A stretch of 64,000 bases of DNA. It comes from Tubulanus polymorphus. Taxonomy: Eukaryota; Animalia; Nemertea. Positions 1 to 12,400 of this stretch are shown one piece after another. The translations under genes and the position numbers were made by a program. The notes under the pieces were generated by a model, which did no database searches, had not been told where the DNA came from, and worked only from the letters and a program-made list of their open reading frames with translations. The stretch covers positions 16,963,101 to 17,027,100 of the forward strand of contig NC_134025.1 in the NCBI RefSeq assembly GCF_964204645.1, read 5' to 3'. Numbering within the stretch: the stretch's first letter is position 1; each line of letters begins with the position of its first letter.

Positions 1-463
1 CTTAATACATTTACTTTCTAACCATATATAGTTTGCATGAGTTAAATTCAGAAGTAAAAGCCATGGAGCTAATTGAATATATTGTATGTAATACCTACAA
101 AAACCACTAATTATAAGTGGCAGGAGAGGGTTAATTGATTATTGGATCTTTATCGTAACACAATTATGAATGGGATTAACTTGACAAATACTAATAGCGC
201 TAAATATTGGTTCCTTATAAAAATTTCTGATTACATATACAAGCTGTATTAGGCAAGTGAACACTGTGGCGCTAGCAGTCGGTTCTCAGGAATGATTTAA
301 TATGGCAAGTGAATACTGTGAAGCGAGTAGTCAGTACTTAACTTACTTTTCTGATTACATATAGAATCTGTATTAAGCATTTCAAGCCACTTTCCAAGTG
401 GGTGTGGTGTTCCTGGAACCCTAACTTAAAGTGCATTGTTTCGATTCATGGTTGTTATTGCAG

Positions 464-583
464 GAAGAAATGAAAGAACTCAAAATGAAATTAAAACAGG
501 TGACTAACGAGAATAATGGATTGTTGAAAGAACTGAAACATAATGCTGTATACGAAATAATTCATGATTCCAAGGAAGCTCCT
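464..583 (+). CDS. SDCCAG8: SDCCAG8 exon (120 nt): EEMKELKMKLKQVTNENNGLLKELKHNAVYEIIHDSKEAP
   Basis: Acceptor ttgcag, donor gtaagt, phase 0/0, coiled-coil heptad pattern. Confidence 0.88.
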
Positions 584-3500
584 GTAAGTTTTTGTGCTTA
601 GTTTCTCTTTAGAACTTTTAAAACATTCAATGCAGTAATAAAAGCTCTAACCCTATTGAATTTCATTGGAATCTGTTGCTTATTTATCAATATAGTTATT
701 TATTTGTTGTTGGAACTACATTTCGTTTCGGAAGAACACATACCCTTTTACGTATATTCATGCTTCACACGTGCCTGACACATACTCGCTGCTCTGTGGT
801 GTATTGATCCGTGCATGTATATGAAAAGCGCGTCTCGCGTCTGGCCTAGTTAAAGTTTTCTTTCAATTTACAAAAAATAAAATGCCTTCGTACATAGTGT
901 ATAGAAATTGTCACACCATGAACGTGTCTATTTGAGTCAATGGGGAAAACCCATTACCATGTATATTCATGATGAATCGGCATGCTGTTGTTTGTGATGC
1001 AGATCCATTCAATAGACATATGTTCATGAAAACTTCTGGATGCAATCAAGGGGGACATCTTAGGCTTTTTTGATTACTTGGGGCACAGATTCTCTGAAAT
1101 TCTGCCAAAAACTTATAGGTATGCGGTAGGATAGGTATGCGTTTCCATTCATAATTTGAAAAAGGACATTTTTTTTCTTGATATTTTCCGTCCTTATTTT
1201 CAATCTAATTGTCTTTAAAAGTCAGTCTTCTCCCATCATTTGAATTCAATTCAATAGTTTTCACTATTTTTCATTTGTTCTGCTTATAATCTTTAATCTA
1301 GACAACCAATGTTTAATTTTGATGCTGATTAAACATACTGATTAAACATGTAAATTTAGGAAAGTCCACATTAAGAATTTTGTTTCTTTTTACTTATTTC
1401 TTTAGACAAATAATTCATTTTTGGACAATGAGGAATTCAGACAAGTTCTGGTCTCCCCGACTTTTACTGAAAAACAAGCCACTATGTCCAGATGGAAAAG
1501 AGAACTGGTAAATCTACTTTTTAAGCCCACTTGGGACTTAAGTCTTAGCGGGCTATTGCTTTTACTTTGCTTGCACTTTACATTGCGTGCACTTTTCATC
1601 TATCGTCTGTCTTCGTGTTCGTTTGTCCGTAGACCGAAATCCATTTATTTTGGGAACAAAGATATTGTTTGTTGAAATTTATAGCTCCGCTGTGACCGTA
1701 GTCTGTCTGTTTGTTTGTTCGTGTGTCTATTAACTTTTTTAGCCCGAAGGTCAGCGTAGCTAATGGGTTAGGGGGTGAGCCGTTGTCGTCCGTTCGTTCG
1801 TTCAACTTTTTCTTCAAATCGCTACTAGTCCTACAGTTTTAATCAGATCAATTCCAAATTTCACTAAACGATTCACTACAATTGACACAAACAAAAAAAA
1901 TACAATAGATCTCAGTACTGAACATTTCTAAATAATCCTCTAAATACGAAAAAGAGTACAGATTTACACTCACCGAGTTTATGGACATTATGTTAATTCA
2001 AGCATAAACAGCTGAAGATCAGAAGATCTGACCAGGACAGCGCACACATGACGAGTATCTGTGAATAATGCCCATTTATATGAAATTTTGTAAAGTATAT
2101 AAGCTGCGATTAATATTCACAGCGATCGATTAAGCATAGCACAGTGAGCAGGCCATGTTAAATCTACTATTAATGAAAATCTAAATCTATGTATACATAC
2201 TGAGTAGTGATAAGTGAATGAAAAAGATAAGTCCTAACCTCATGATTAAAACACAGATTAACAAGTACAATCAAAAATACATCGGTAATCAAATTGCGCA
2301 TAACACGTCACTCAAACTACTGCCATATATTCACACACATCACTCAGACTACTGCCGTGTGATTTGCCTCTACTCACTATTACTAGCCATGAGAAAAACG
2401 TGCCTCGACGCGTGTGGCCTAGTTTGAATGTAATATTTTTAAAATGTACCTACATCTCATCAAAATCGACACGCATTGTCAACTGATCAATTTCATAGAA
2501 TCATCAGCTGAATAGTGTTCTCACTGAGGGGTTTAAGCACGGCGGCCCGCCATGCTTAAAAAAATTCTGCCATGCTTAAAGAAATGATCAGGAGTTTATT
2601 TATCTGGCTTTCTAAGACTGTCAGGTTCACACGCTCAAATTTATAATTGGTGCAACAATAATTGTATAAACATATTCTCGTAGTTACTTCGTAAAGCGAC
2701 TCTATACGTCAATAATTGTACAGTCTCGCGGGAGCGCGTACTGAACTGCCATTGGTAGGGCCTATAAATATCCAGGGATTTCCCCGTGTGTCAAAAATAA
2801 AAGAAATCAATGCCAATAAAGGTCACACCATTGCGCTCAGCACGCGCTGAATAGTCAGGCCAGCGGCACCAATTTTTCCAGTCTCCTATCGAGACGAAGA
2901 AATTTTATCATCACTACTTATCAGTCAGGGAAATATTTTGCATATCGAAATTAATAAATGCTTCCTCTAAGCTGTTAATGATAAAATTAGATTATATTAA
3001 CAGATATGAGAACATGGAACTATTTAATGCACATAAGCCTACCAATATACAGCAGAAAAGTGCCTCGAACAAACTACCGACGATCGCTGCTACATGAAAA
3101 TTACCGTATTTAAACTAGTTACTTATGGCCCCCAAATGCTGGGAAGACGCATCTGTGCACCTTCACTGGCTGAAGAATATTAGTGATTTACAAGCTTATA
3201 TTCATTTGATATACGGAAAAGAACATATCAATTATGATAGGCCACGATTGCTGAAAATTTTCTTCAGAATTTGCAAATTTCTAAACTCTAAATTCCTCCT
3301 GCCTTCACTATTGAAGCAAAAGAATTGGGTATCACTGGAAAGCTTATCCAATTTCTCAGAGAACTTAAGTCTTAGATTTGGATAAGAGGCACATTGTGGC
3401 AAAAAAACGTACTTTGAAGAGCAAGAATCGGACAAAATTGATCTGTTGACTTCCGCGTTCTTTGAGTGTTCCTTACTCGGGTTTGGTGAAAGTTGCATGA

Positions 3501-6366
3501 AATTGGCTCTTTAGTTCCCTAGATTTGAATGTTGGTTCGAATCCCATAATTAGTAGCTAGTAACACAGCTCCAGCCGTATCTTTAAGCATAAGCGGGGCG
3601 ACCTGGCCAATCAGCGCACACCATCGATTTTAAGATATCAATTGTTCCAATTTCTATAATTGGTATCTCACCTTCAGTCGTGACAAGTAGGATATCACTT
3701 GGGCCAGAACCCTATGTAAAATTGGGTTGAGTCAATTCAAATTATGGCCACCAGGGGCCAACTTGAAAAAGGATGTTAATAGCCAAGAGGTCGCAAGTGT
3801 TGACCGATTGTTTTCAAACTTAGTACACAAGTAGGGTATCATTTGGGCCAGAACCCTAATCAAAATTGGGTTGATTCGATTTCAATTATGGCCACCAGAG
3901 GGCCGACATGAAAAACGACATTAACAACCTCGAGGCCGCAATTGTTGACCAATTTATTTCAAACTCTACACAGGTTGGATATCACTTGGGCTATAACCTT
4001 ATTAAAAATTGGGTTGATTCAATTCAAATTATTGCCACCTGAGGCCGACATGAAAAACGTTAATAACCTAGAGGCCGCAATTGTTGACTGATTGTTTTCA
4101 AACTTGTTACACAAGTAGAGTATCACTTGGGCCAGAATCCTATTTAAAAATTGGGTCAATTCGATTCGAATAATGGCCACCAGGGGCCAAAATGAAAAAT
4201 AACGTTAACAGCCTAGAGCTCAGGGATGAAAATCTTCCGACCATAGACGGATTTCCGACCTTTTCTAACATTTTCTTTATTCCTGAGAACAGTGTAAATC
4301 ACCTCAATCGCTTAAATCACCTCAATCGCGGGCGTCACATCGGAGCGCTCCATAGTTAGGAGTGCTCCTTAAGACGGTTTTCGGCAGATGTTAGCACAAC
4401 TGTGGAGTCGGAGAAACCAATATGGCGTCTCATTCAAAAAGCGGCTCTAATTCAGGCCCAAACTATTAACATTTTGACCAAAAGGAAGTAAGTTTTTTGG
4501 CTAAAAGTTACTGATTTTTGTTCCCCGAAAAAATTCTTTTTTTTTGAAAATATTTTCCGACTTTTTCAATATGGGCCGATTTCATCCCTGAGAGCTGCAA
4601 TTGTTAACCGATTTATTTCAAACTTGGTAAACAAGTGGGTTATCACTTGGGCCAAAGCCCTTTTAGCCCACTTGGGACTAATTGGGTCGATTGGACTCAA
4701 GATGGCTGTCCTGTGACCTTTTTTACACATTTTTGAACTTTTTGAGTGATATTTTGAAGAAGCTTTGATCATTTACCCTGATCTTTCGTATATATTTGAA
4801 TTCCCCAAGGGCCCATCAACATAAGAAAAATTGGGTCGATTGGGCTCGAGATGGTTGTCCTGTGACCTTTTTAGTGCCCAAAAATGTCAATTTTGGCACA
4901 AATTCTGAATCCTGTAGCTTCCTACTGGTTTGCCTTTTCTCATTGCAATTTGTGATGGGTATTCTTAGGAAAGGGATGTTTTATACTTGAGACATGTATT
5001 TTTGATCACCTTATTATGGCGCAATTGGCAGCCATCTTGGCGTGATCAGTACTCATTCGTAGGTGGCAAAAAATTTTTCAACATTATATTCATACCTAAG
5101 CATATTGTGTTACCACAATGTATTGGATAGCTCATAACGTTTTCTATGATTTTTGTGAGTTTCAAGGTCATTGCTTTTTGTATATGGCCACCAGAGGGCA
5201 TTGAATAATACAATAACTTAGTATTTCTGTATTATATTTGTACCTACGCATATTTTGTGACCACAATCAATTGCAAAGTTGTAGCTCATGACATCGTCTC
5301 TGATTGTGGTGAGTTTCAAGGACATAAGTTATTCTATATGGTCACCAGGGGGCGTTGAATAGCAGAAGAGTTTTGTATTTTCTTATTAGATTGGTACCTA
5401 GGGATATTTTGTGACCATGATCAATTGCAAAGTTGTAGTTCATGACATGTTCTACGATTGTGGTGAGTTTCAAGGTCATTGGGTTTTGCATATGGTCACC
5501 AGGGGCGTTAGTAGAATAACTTAGTATTTCCTTATAAAATTGGTGACGAAGCATATTTTGTTATCACAATCAATTACAAAATCATAGCTGCTGACATATT
5601 CTTTGATTGTGGTGAGTTTCAAGGTCATTGGTTTTTGTATATGGTCACCAGGGGGCATTGAATATTGAAATTGTTAGATTGTTGAGCAGTTGAAACCACA
5701 AACCCTGTAACTCTACGTGGCGGTGAATTTCAGGCCGGGGGCATTAGAGGCTTTGCCTCATTCTAGTTTCAACAGAGTCCATTTTGCTAGCGTGGTTCTT
5801 ACATAACTCCTTGTTAAAACGATTATGCCATTTTGGTAGCTTCAACTTCGTAATTAAGCTCAAAAACTGAAATGTAGTTATTAAATCTTGGTTCTTTTAA
5901 TTTTTGGTTGTCAAACGATGCCTAGAAATGTATTTTGGACCCGCACTCATTCATGTGTGTAGGCAGCTAGCATCTTTCAGTTAAACAAACCAGTTCATCA
6001 TATGCGAACTGCGCTTTTTGCCACTTCAAAAGTTATGAACTGGATAGAATTTGTAATTCTCATCCGATTTACATCAACATTGAGTCCATTTAAAGAAATT
6101 TTTTTCTTGTTGTTTTCTAGGATCGAATTGAATGTCTCCATGCTGCTAAAAACCAGAGGTTGGAAGTTCAACTATCTGAATCAAAGTAAATGTAGTTATA
6201 TATGTTGTCTTATTTATGTCTCCATACCAGTTTGGGGTGGGATGACCGCATTTCTTTTGATTTTTTCCAATGATTTGATTTTTTGAAATGCCTCTGTTTA
6301 ATGAGTGTTTGAGTGTGTAGTTCTGCACACACCTTTGATTTGAAAATAAAATACTAGAACGTGCCC

Positions 6367-6403
<37 letters not shown>

Positions 6404-9400
6404 CCCTCAAAAAAAATTATTTTAATCCTGAAAACTAAGATTTTAGATTCATCTTAATCCTTCAACTGTTCGAGTATCGTCGTTAAATCAATCCCCGGTG
6501 TACAATCGATTTGGTCAAGGTTTACTTTGAAATCAATTTAAAACAATGATAGAACAATAGAAAATTTAAAACAATAGATTCAGCTGCGCTGAATCTATTA
6601 GTTTACTAAATGGTGCCGACTGATTAGTGTTGCACAACTTCTCCACTTAATCTGTAGCACCTGACGGTATGAGTGTTATGTCAACAGGATTGTTACAGTT
6701 GTAGGGTCATAATTTCTGGTGGTATGGATATCTGGTCTATCTAATTTGGGCCCTGGGGGCTAATTTCCATACGATTTTGGGCATTTCTGAGGTGACATGT
6801 GACGTCATTTTCGCGTGGAGGCGAACCGCAGCACGCCCATCTGAATGACATTTATATATGTAGATATACGCGCCGTAAAAAGATACTGTACCAGTAGGCC
6901 AACATCTTATTGCATGAGTCCGAAACTGCAAATATTTTCGAAGTAGATGCAATCGATCGTCCCTTAAAACTTTCATAATATTTTACGGGAAAATATAGTT
7001 TCCCTGCGCTAGTAGATAAATATTGAATATTGCGAATGGATACGTGACTACGGCGCGCCGCCATTGACTTACTGTGACGCGAGTCTAGAGGTAGGTACCG
7101 GCATTTTACATTCTTTTTGTGAAAATGACAGGATTTGATGTGTAAATTATGTTTAGACTAGATGTCAATAAAGCGTTGAATCGGTTTTTTTTTGTCGAGA
7201 ATAAGAGTTGTCAATGCGTATTTAACTGGCAATTTCACTGATGATGTGTCTTGTCAGTTCCCGTCCGGCGGCACTAAGGCCTAAACGTACGTCAATTTTT
7301 TTTCGCTAGCTCGGCCGGTACTTGTAGGTGATGTTAGGATATTACTTGCCCATATATCCAGACAGTGGTCTTGAATCCACGATTATGTATTTTTATCGTA
7401 TTATTCGGTCCATGAATTACACAAGCGCTTTCCGGCCTTAGTTCAGTGAAGCTTCACCTTTCTTTGAATGCATTCGGTCGAAGCGACCATATATACGTGC
7501 TGTGCTGAGTACAGTAGTACACCACTATAGTCATTGATGTTTATACAGGCATTGATACATACGTAGTTGTACAACCACAGACGCAATTCAGTTCATTAAA
7601 GAAACAATACCTTACTGCTGGAGTTACCGTTTTGGCGCTTGGGCTTAATAAATATTCCAATAAGGCCATCCCAAAACAATGGTCTGTTTGCCGTAACCCG
7701 ACCGACCCGACTTCAAAGGTACCAGGTGAAAACTTTTTTCTGGGATTCATTGAAATAAATTTTATTTTTTATAAAAACAGCCGACCGACCCACTGCCGAT
7801 GTATGAGCTACGTATGTTTGAAGTGTGCATGGTGTGAAACATGCCTTGACATGTGGCCTAGTTTAAGTTTTCCAGGAAACTGGCAGTGTTCCAATAAGCT
7901 GCCATTCATTCTAATAGTGACTATATTAAAGCTGGTAACATAAAAGCGCGCATATATTCAAGTAATGTTCCATTTTTAACAGAGATTACCCTCTGGACGA
8001 GTTTATAATTTTAGAATAATTTTTGAAATCTACGCAACGCTATTAGACAAATTTTCTGTGCACAACGTAGATTTGTGATATTGTTTCCATGTAACAAAGG
8101 TGATAAATTTGTTTATTTTGCCCAAAGATTTTGCAAAAAAATTTCTACCTACCTACCTGAAAAGTTGAGTCGGTGTTACGGCAAACAGACAATTATTTTG
8201 GGATAGCCTAAAATATAAGGCTACTTTATTTTCATCCTTGAGTTCATTTATTTTTCAACAAGAAATACATACCGATATAGGCTTAGGCCATGTATAGATC
8301 AATTTTTTTGAAACCCGGGGATATAAAAGGCCTAATTATTGAAACCCCATTATGATGCCTGCTTAAAATGCCACATCCCTGCAATATTAATAACCCTGTT
8401 ATGCACCGTTAATAATTTAATAGTTAATAATTTTTACATTCCATTTTGACCAGGTGTGCGCTTCACTACTAGGCCTACCATACACTAATATTAACCCTTC
8501 ACCACTTACCATACGCCGATATTAACCCTTCCCCACTTACCATACACCGATATAAACCCTTCACCACTTACCATGCACCGATATTAACCCTTCCCCACTT
8601 ACCATACGTCGATATTAACCCTTCCCCACTTACCATACACTGATATTAACCCTTCACCGCTTACCATGCACCGATATTAACCCTTCCCCACTTACCATAC
8701 GTCGATATTAACCCTTCCCCACTTACCATACACTGATATTAACCCTTCACCGCTTACCATGCACTGATATTAACCCTTCACCACTTACCATACGCCGATA
8801 TTAACCCTTCCCCACTTACCATTCACCGATATTAACCCTTCACCACTTACAATTCACCGATATTAACCCCTTCGCCACTTATTATACACTGAGTTTAACC
8901 CTTCACCACTTACCATACACTTATATTAACCCTTCACCACTTACCGTACACTGATATTAACCCTTCACCACTAACCATACACTGATATCAACCCTTCACC
9001 TCTGACCATACACTGATATTAACCCTTCAACACTTACCATACTCTGATATTAACCCTTCACCACTTACCATACACTGATATTAACCCTTCACCACTTACC
9101 GTACACTGATATTAAGCCTTCACCACTAACCATACACTGATATCAACCCTTCACCTCTGACCATACACTGATATTAACTCTTCAACACTTACCATACACT
9201 GATATTAACCCTTCACCACTTACTATACACTGATATTAACTCTTCACTACTTACCATACACGAATTCCTGTGTTGCAACTGAAATGGTAAACACATTTGG
9301 TCCTACCTTAATGCAGTTGCTTGCATACCATAAACCAAATAAAGTATGTGCTACTAATTGAAATTAATGGCTCCATTCAAGTTCTACGTAACTTAGTATA

Positions 9401-12400
9401 TTGAGTTTAAACCTTTAAAGCAATAGCAAGGTATACCACCAATGATAACCAGAAAAGGTGTTACTATTCACATGAGTTAATTTTTTTGCCATTATTTTTT
9501 TTCAGATGATGAATATACAGAAACTACAGACGAAAAAGAATCCCACGACTGTAGCACATTTACCTCTGAGGTTTGCAATAAAGAAGTTATTAAGAAAAAT
9601 ATACTACTCCTGTTGCTGCTGCTTGGTCCCCAGTTTCATGCGTTGTAACTGACAGCTTTGCAAAGGCCAAAATGATAGTATGAAACCAGAATCATTATTC
9701 GTGCAAACACTAGAAATTGAGTGTTTAATCATACATCATAGCGGGCACTGGTCCAAATAAGTTCCCTCAATCAATTTTTGGTTACTTGGTCCAGTGGAGG
9801 GTCAACCACTCTTCTTTTTATGAGAAACATGTCATCATCCCATGACAATTTGTCAAGCACATGACTATTTACTTTCAAAGCTGAATCTCACTGTGCCCAC
9901 GGGCACCTTGTATGTATAACGTATTAATTATAATGTATTATGGACAGAGAAAAATTATGGTTGTTTCATTTTGTGTTCAATGGAAATCTGGGGTGGCAGT
10001 AGGAATTGAATAGGCTACGTTGTTAGCCATGATCTCTTGCTGCCTGTGTCCACTATTACTACTTATATCACCCTTTAAGGGGAGACTCTTTTCAGAGACT
10101 CTTTATCAGTGACACTCTTTTAAAGATTTTCTACTTTTTACACTAAACGATATATTATAGTATACAATACGGCTAGGTGATTTCATAATTGGAAAAACCT
10201 TTTCAATCTAGTCAGAATTGATGATTTTGATGTTCGCGCACCGGTTAAGTGTATACATTGCTTCTGCTGAACACGTGATACTGTGTCTATTGATAGAACT
10301 ACGTCATTAAAGTGACGGCTCGGAAACGATGTCTATAGAAATGAATAGGAAATAAGCTACAAGAGCAATTCAACTTAATTTTATACCTATTTGGCATTCG
10401 AATTGAGACAAACTTCTTTTTGATTTTGAAAGTCTACATATTAATGATTATAATAAGCTGTTGAATGGACCATAACCATTCAAACTAAGGGCAAAAATAG
10501 GATTTGAATAGCAATCCATGGCATTTTCTAGTAGACAGCAAGGAACTCAGATGTTTAAATCATCGTTTTGTATTATGATTTAGAGAGTAAGTAAGATTAT
10601 GGTTAGATCTAAGAATACTTTGACCTATGAACTGATGAAACTTAGACAGAATTAGCCGCAAGAACAATTTCAATTATTTTCTTGAAATATACCTCGTATT
10701 GGTAGCGGCTTTGGTCACAAAATTAGAATATTTCCTCATCCATCCTATTTTAAAACTTAATTGATTGAAATAATGATTGTGAAAGATTTGTGATGTAATC
10801 TATCAAAACTCTTCTGCAGCGTGAAACTTTAATCGAAAACATTATTCCTTTGAATTTGTTGTAAAGGCTGTAGATCGTTTTAATTTGATTGATTTAGCCT
10901 ATTCAAATTACTCATTGATTCTTTGAAATAGGTTTATGCGATAGACAATAGATCCTTTTACCTCCCTGGCCAGTTTCAAAGCTGTAAAACAATCTGGCAT
11001 TGAGATATAACAGAAAATACGCGCAGTTTCCTCAAAATTCAACGCATTTCTATAGACGCTATTTCTCAGCTCTGCCTTTAATGACGTTACAGCGCGCACC
11101 TGCTGATTTAGCCGACGCTGAACAGTAAGCGATGTAAACAACGAAATGAGGTCAAAAATCTTGTTACAAAATCACAAATTGCGCGTAAACTAAACATTTT
11201 GGAACAGAACGGTTGAAGATTAGTGTATAGATCAATAGAATACATCATATTTTGAAATTAAAAAAAAGTGTCAGTTACCCTTTAAGTGTCTGCACTAACA
11301 AGTAATGAAGCAATTGACAATAGCAATGAATGAATTGTCGAAAACACAAGGAGGAACAGCTGTGTGAACAATGAGTTATACTTTGTTCTAGGAATGAAAT
11401 TTCCAACCTGACAAAACAGATGGAATCACTGAAGAATGAATTGCGATTGTTAGAATCAATGGGATCTGGAAAACCCGTCAGTGGCATTTGTATCCGTTGT
11501 GCTCAGAATGAAGCTTTGGCCTCGTCCGAGTCTGAAACAAATTCAAATATTATTCGTCGCCTTACTAGGTAATATATTTCTATCATACTTAGATAAGTAC
11601 TTTGGAATGATTTCATATCATGAGAGATATATCAGGAATTTAATTTTTTGACAGAGAAAGGGATGAACTTATTGAACAATTGGCTGGTCTCAAATTATCG
11701 CTAGAACAAATGAAACAGCGTGAGATAGAAGCTTATGATCAGATGAAACAAAGCATCATCCTTGTTGAGGAGACTCAAATGGAAAAGATGGGGGTATATA
11801 TGAAAAACATCGGAGCAATGAACATCCTGTTTGCTCATTATTCCCTTTGTACTCATCTCATATTAATCACTCCCAAATATTCAGACGATTGTGGAAAAAG
11901 AACAACTTGAAGAAGAATTTTATAACATGCGAAACAGACTTGAAAAGATCCTAAGTGACACACATAGACAAGTTGAGGATGAACGCGAGACAATACGGAA
12001 CGAATTCTTGACTGAAATCAACCTGTTAAATGAAAAGGTAGGAAAAATAACTGATGATAAAAGATTTGCATATTGTATATCCCTATGGGATTTCCGTATT
12101 TGCTACGGATTTTAACCCTCTCAGTGCTGACTAATTAATATCCTATAGTGCTGGAGATAATTTCAAAAAATTCCCTTGTGTGTGGAAAATGGGAATACCA
12201 CTATAGTGCGTCTACACCGCGGCGCATTGTATCGTTAGTAACTCATATTTCACTACGTTTGACAGGTGCTGCCATTTTTGAAGAGAGATAATTACTAATT
12301 ACTAATTACATCAATACACCGCAGTGCGGTGTACTAGTAAAATCTATCACTGATTTTTACACCGCACTGCAGTGTAGACGCACTGAAAGAGTTAATAGCT

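Noticed and set aside
3500-3550. tRNA gene (GGTTCGAATCCC); a similar motif is at about 19495
   Set aside because: Only a B-box/T-arm is present; no cloverleaf or acceptor stem can be built.
2512-3600. Possible hAT element with transposase fragments (ORF 3125-3385)
   Set aside because: Only one plausible terminus was seen, with no matching TIR/TSD and no diagnostic motif.
4796-4990. Recurrent small ORF family (PRAHQHKKNWVD...; also 15712, 17574, 60089)
   Set aside because: These are chance frames within HINE-A copies, with inconsistent starts and stops.
8477-9261. CRISPR-like array (31-bp repeats)
   Set aside because: Units are contiguous with no unique spacers, there are no cas genes, and the context is a eukaryotic intron.
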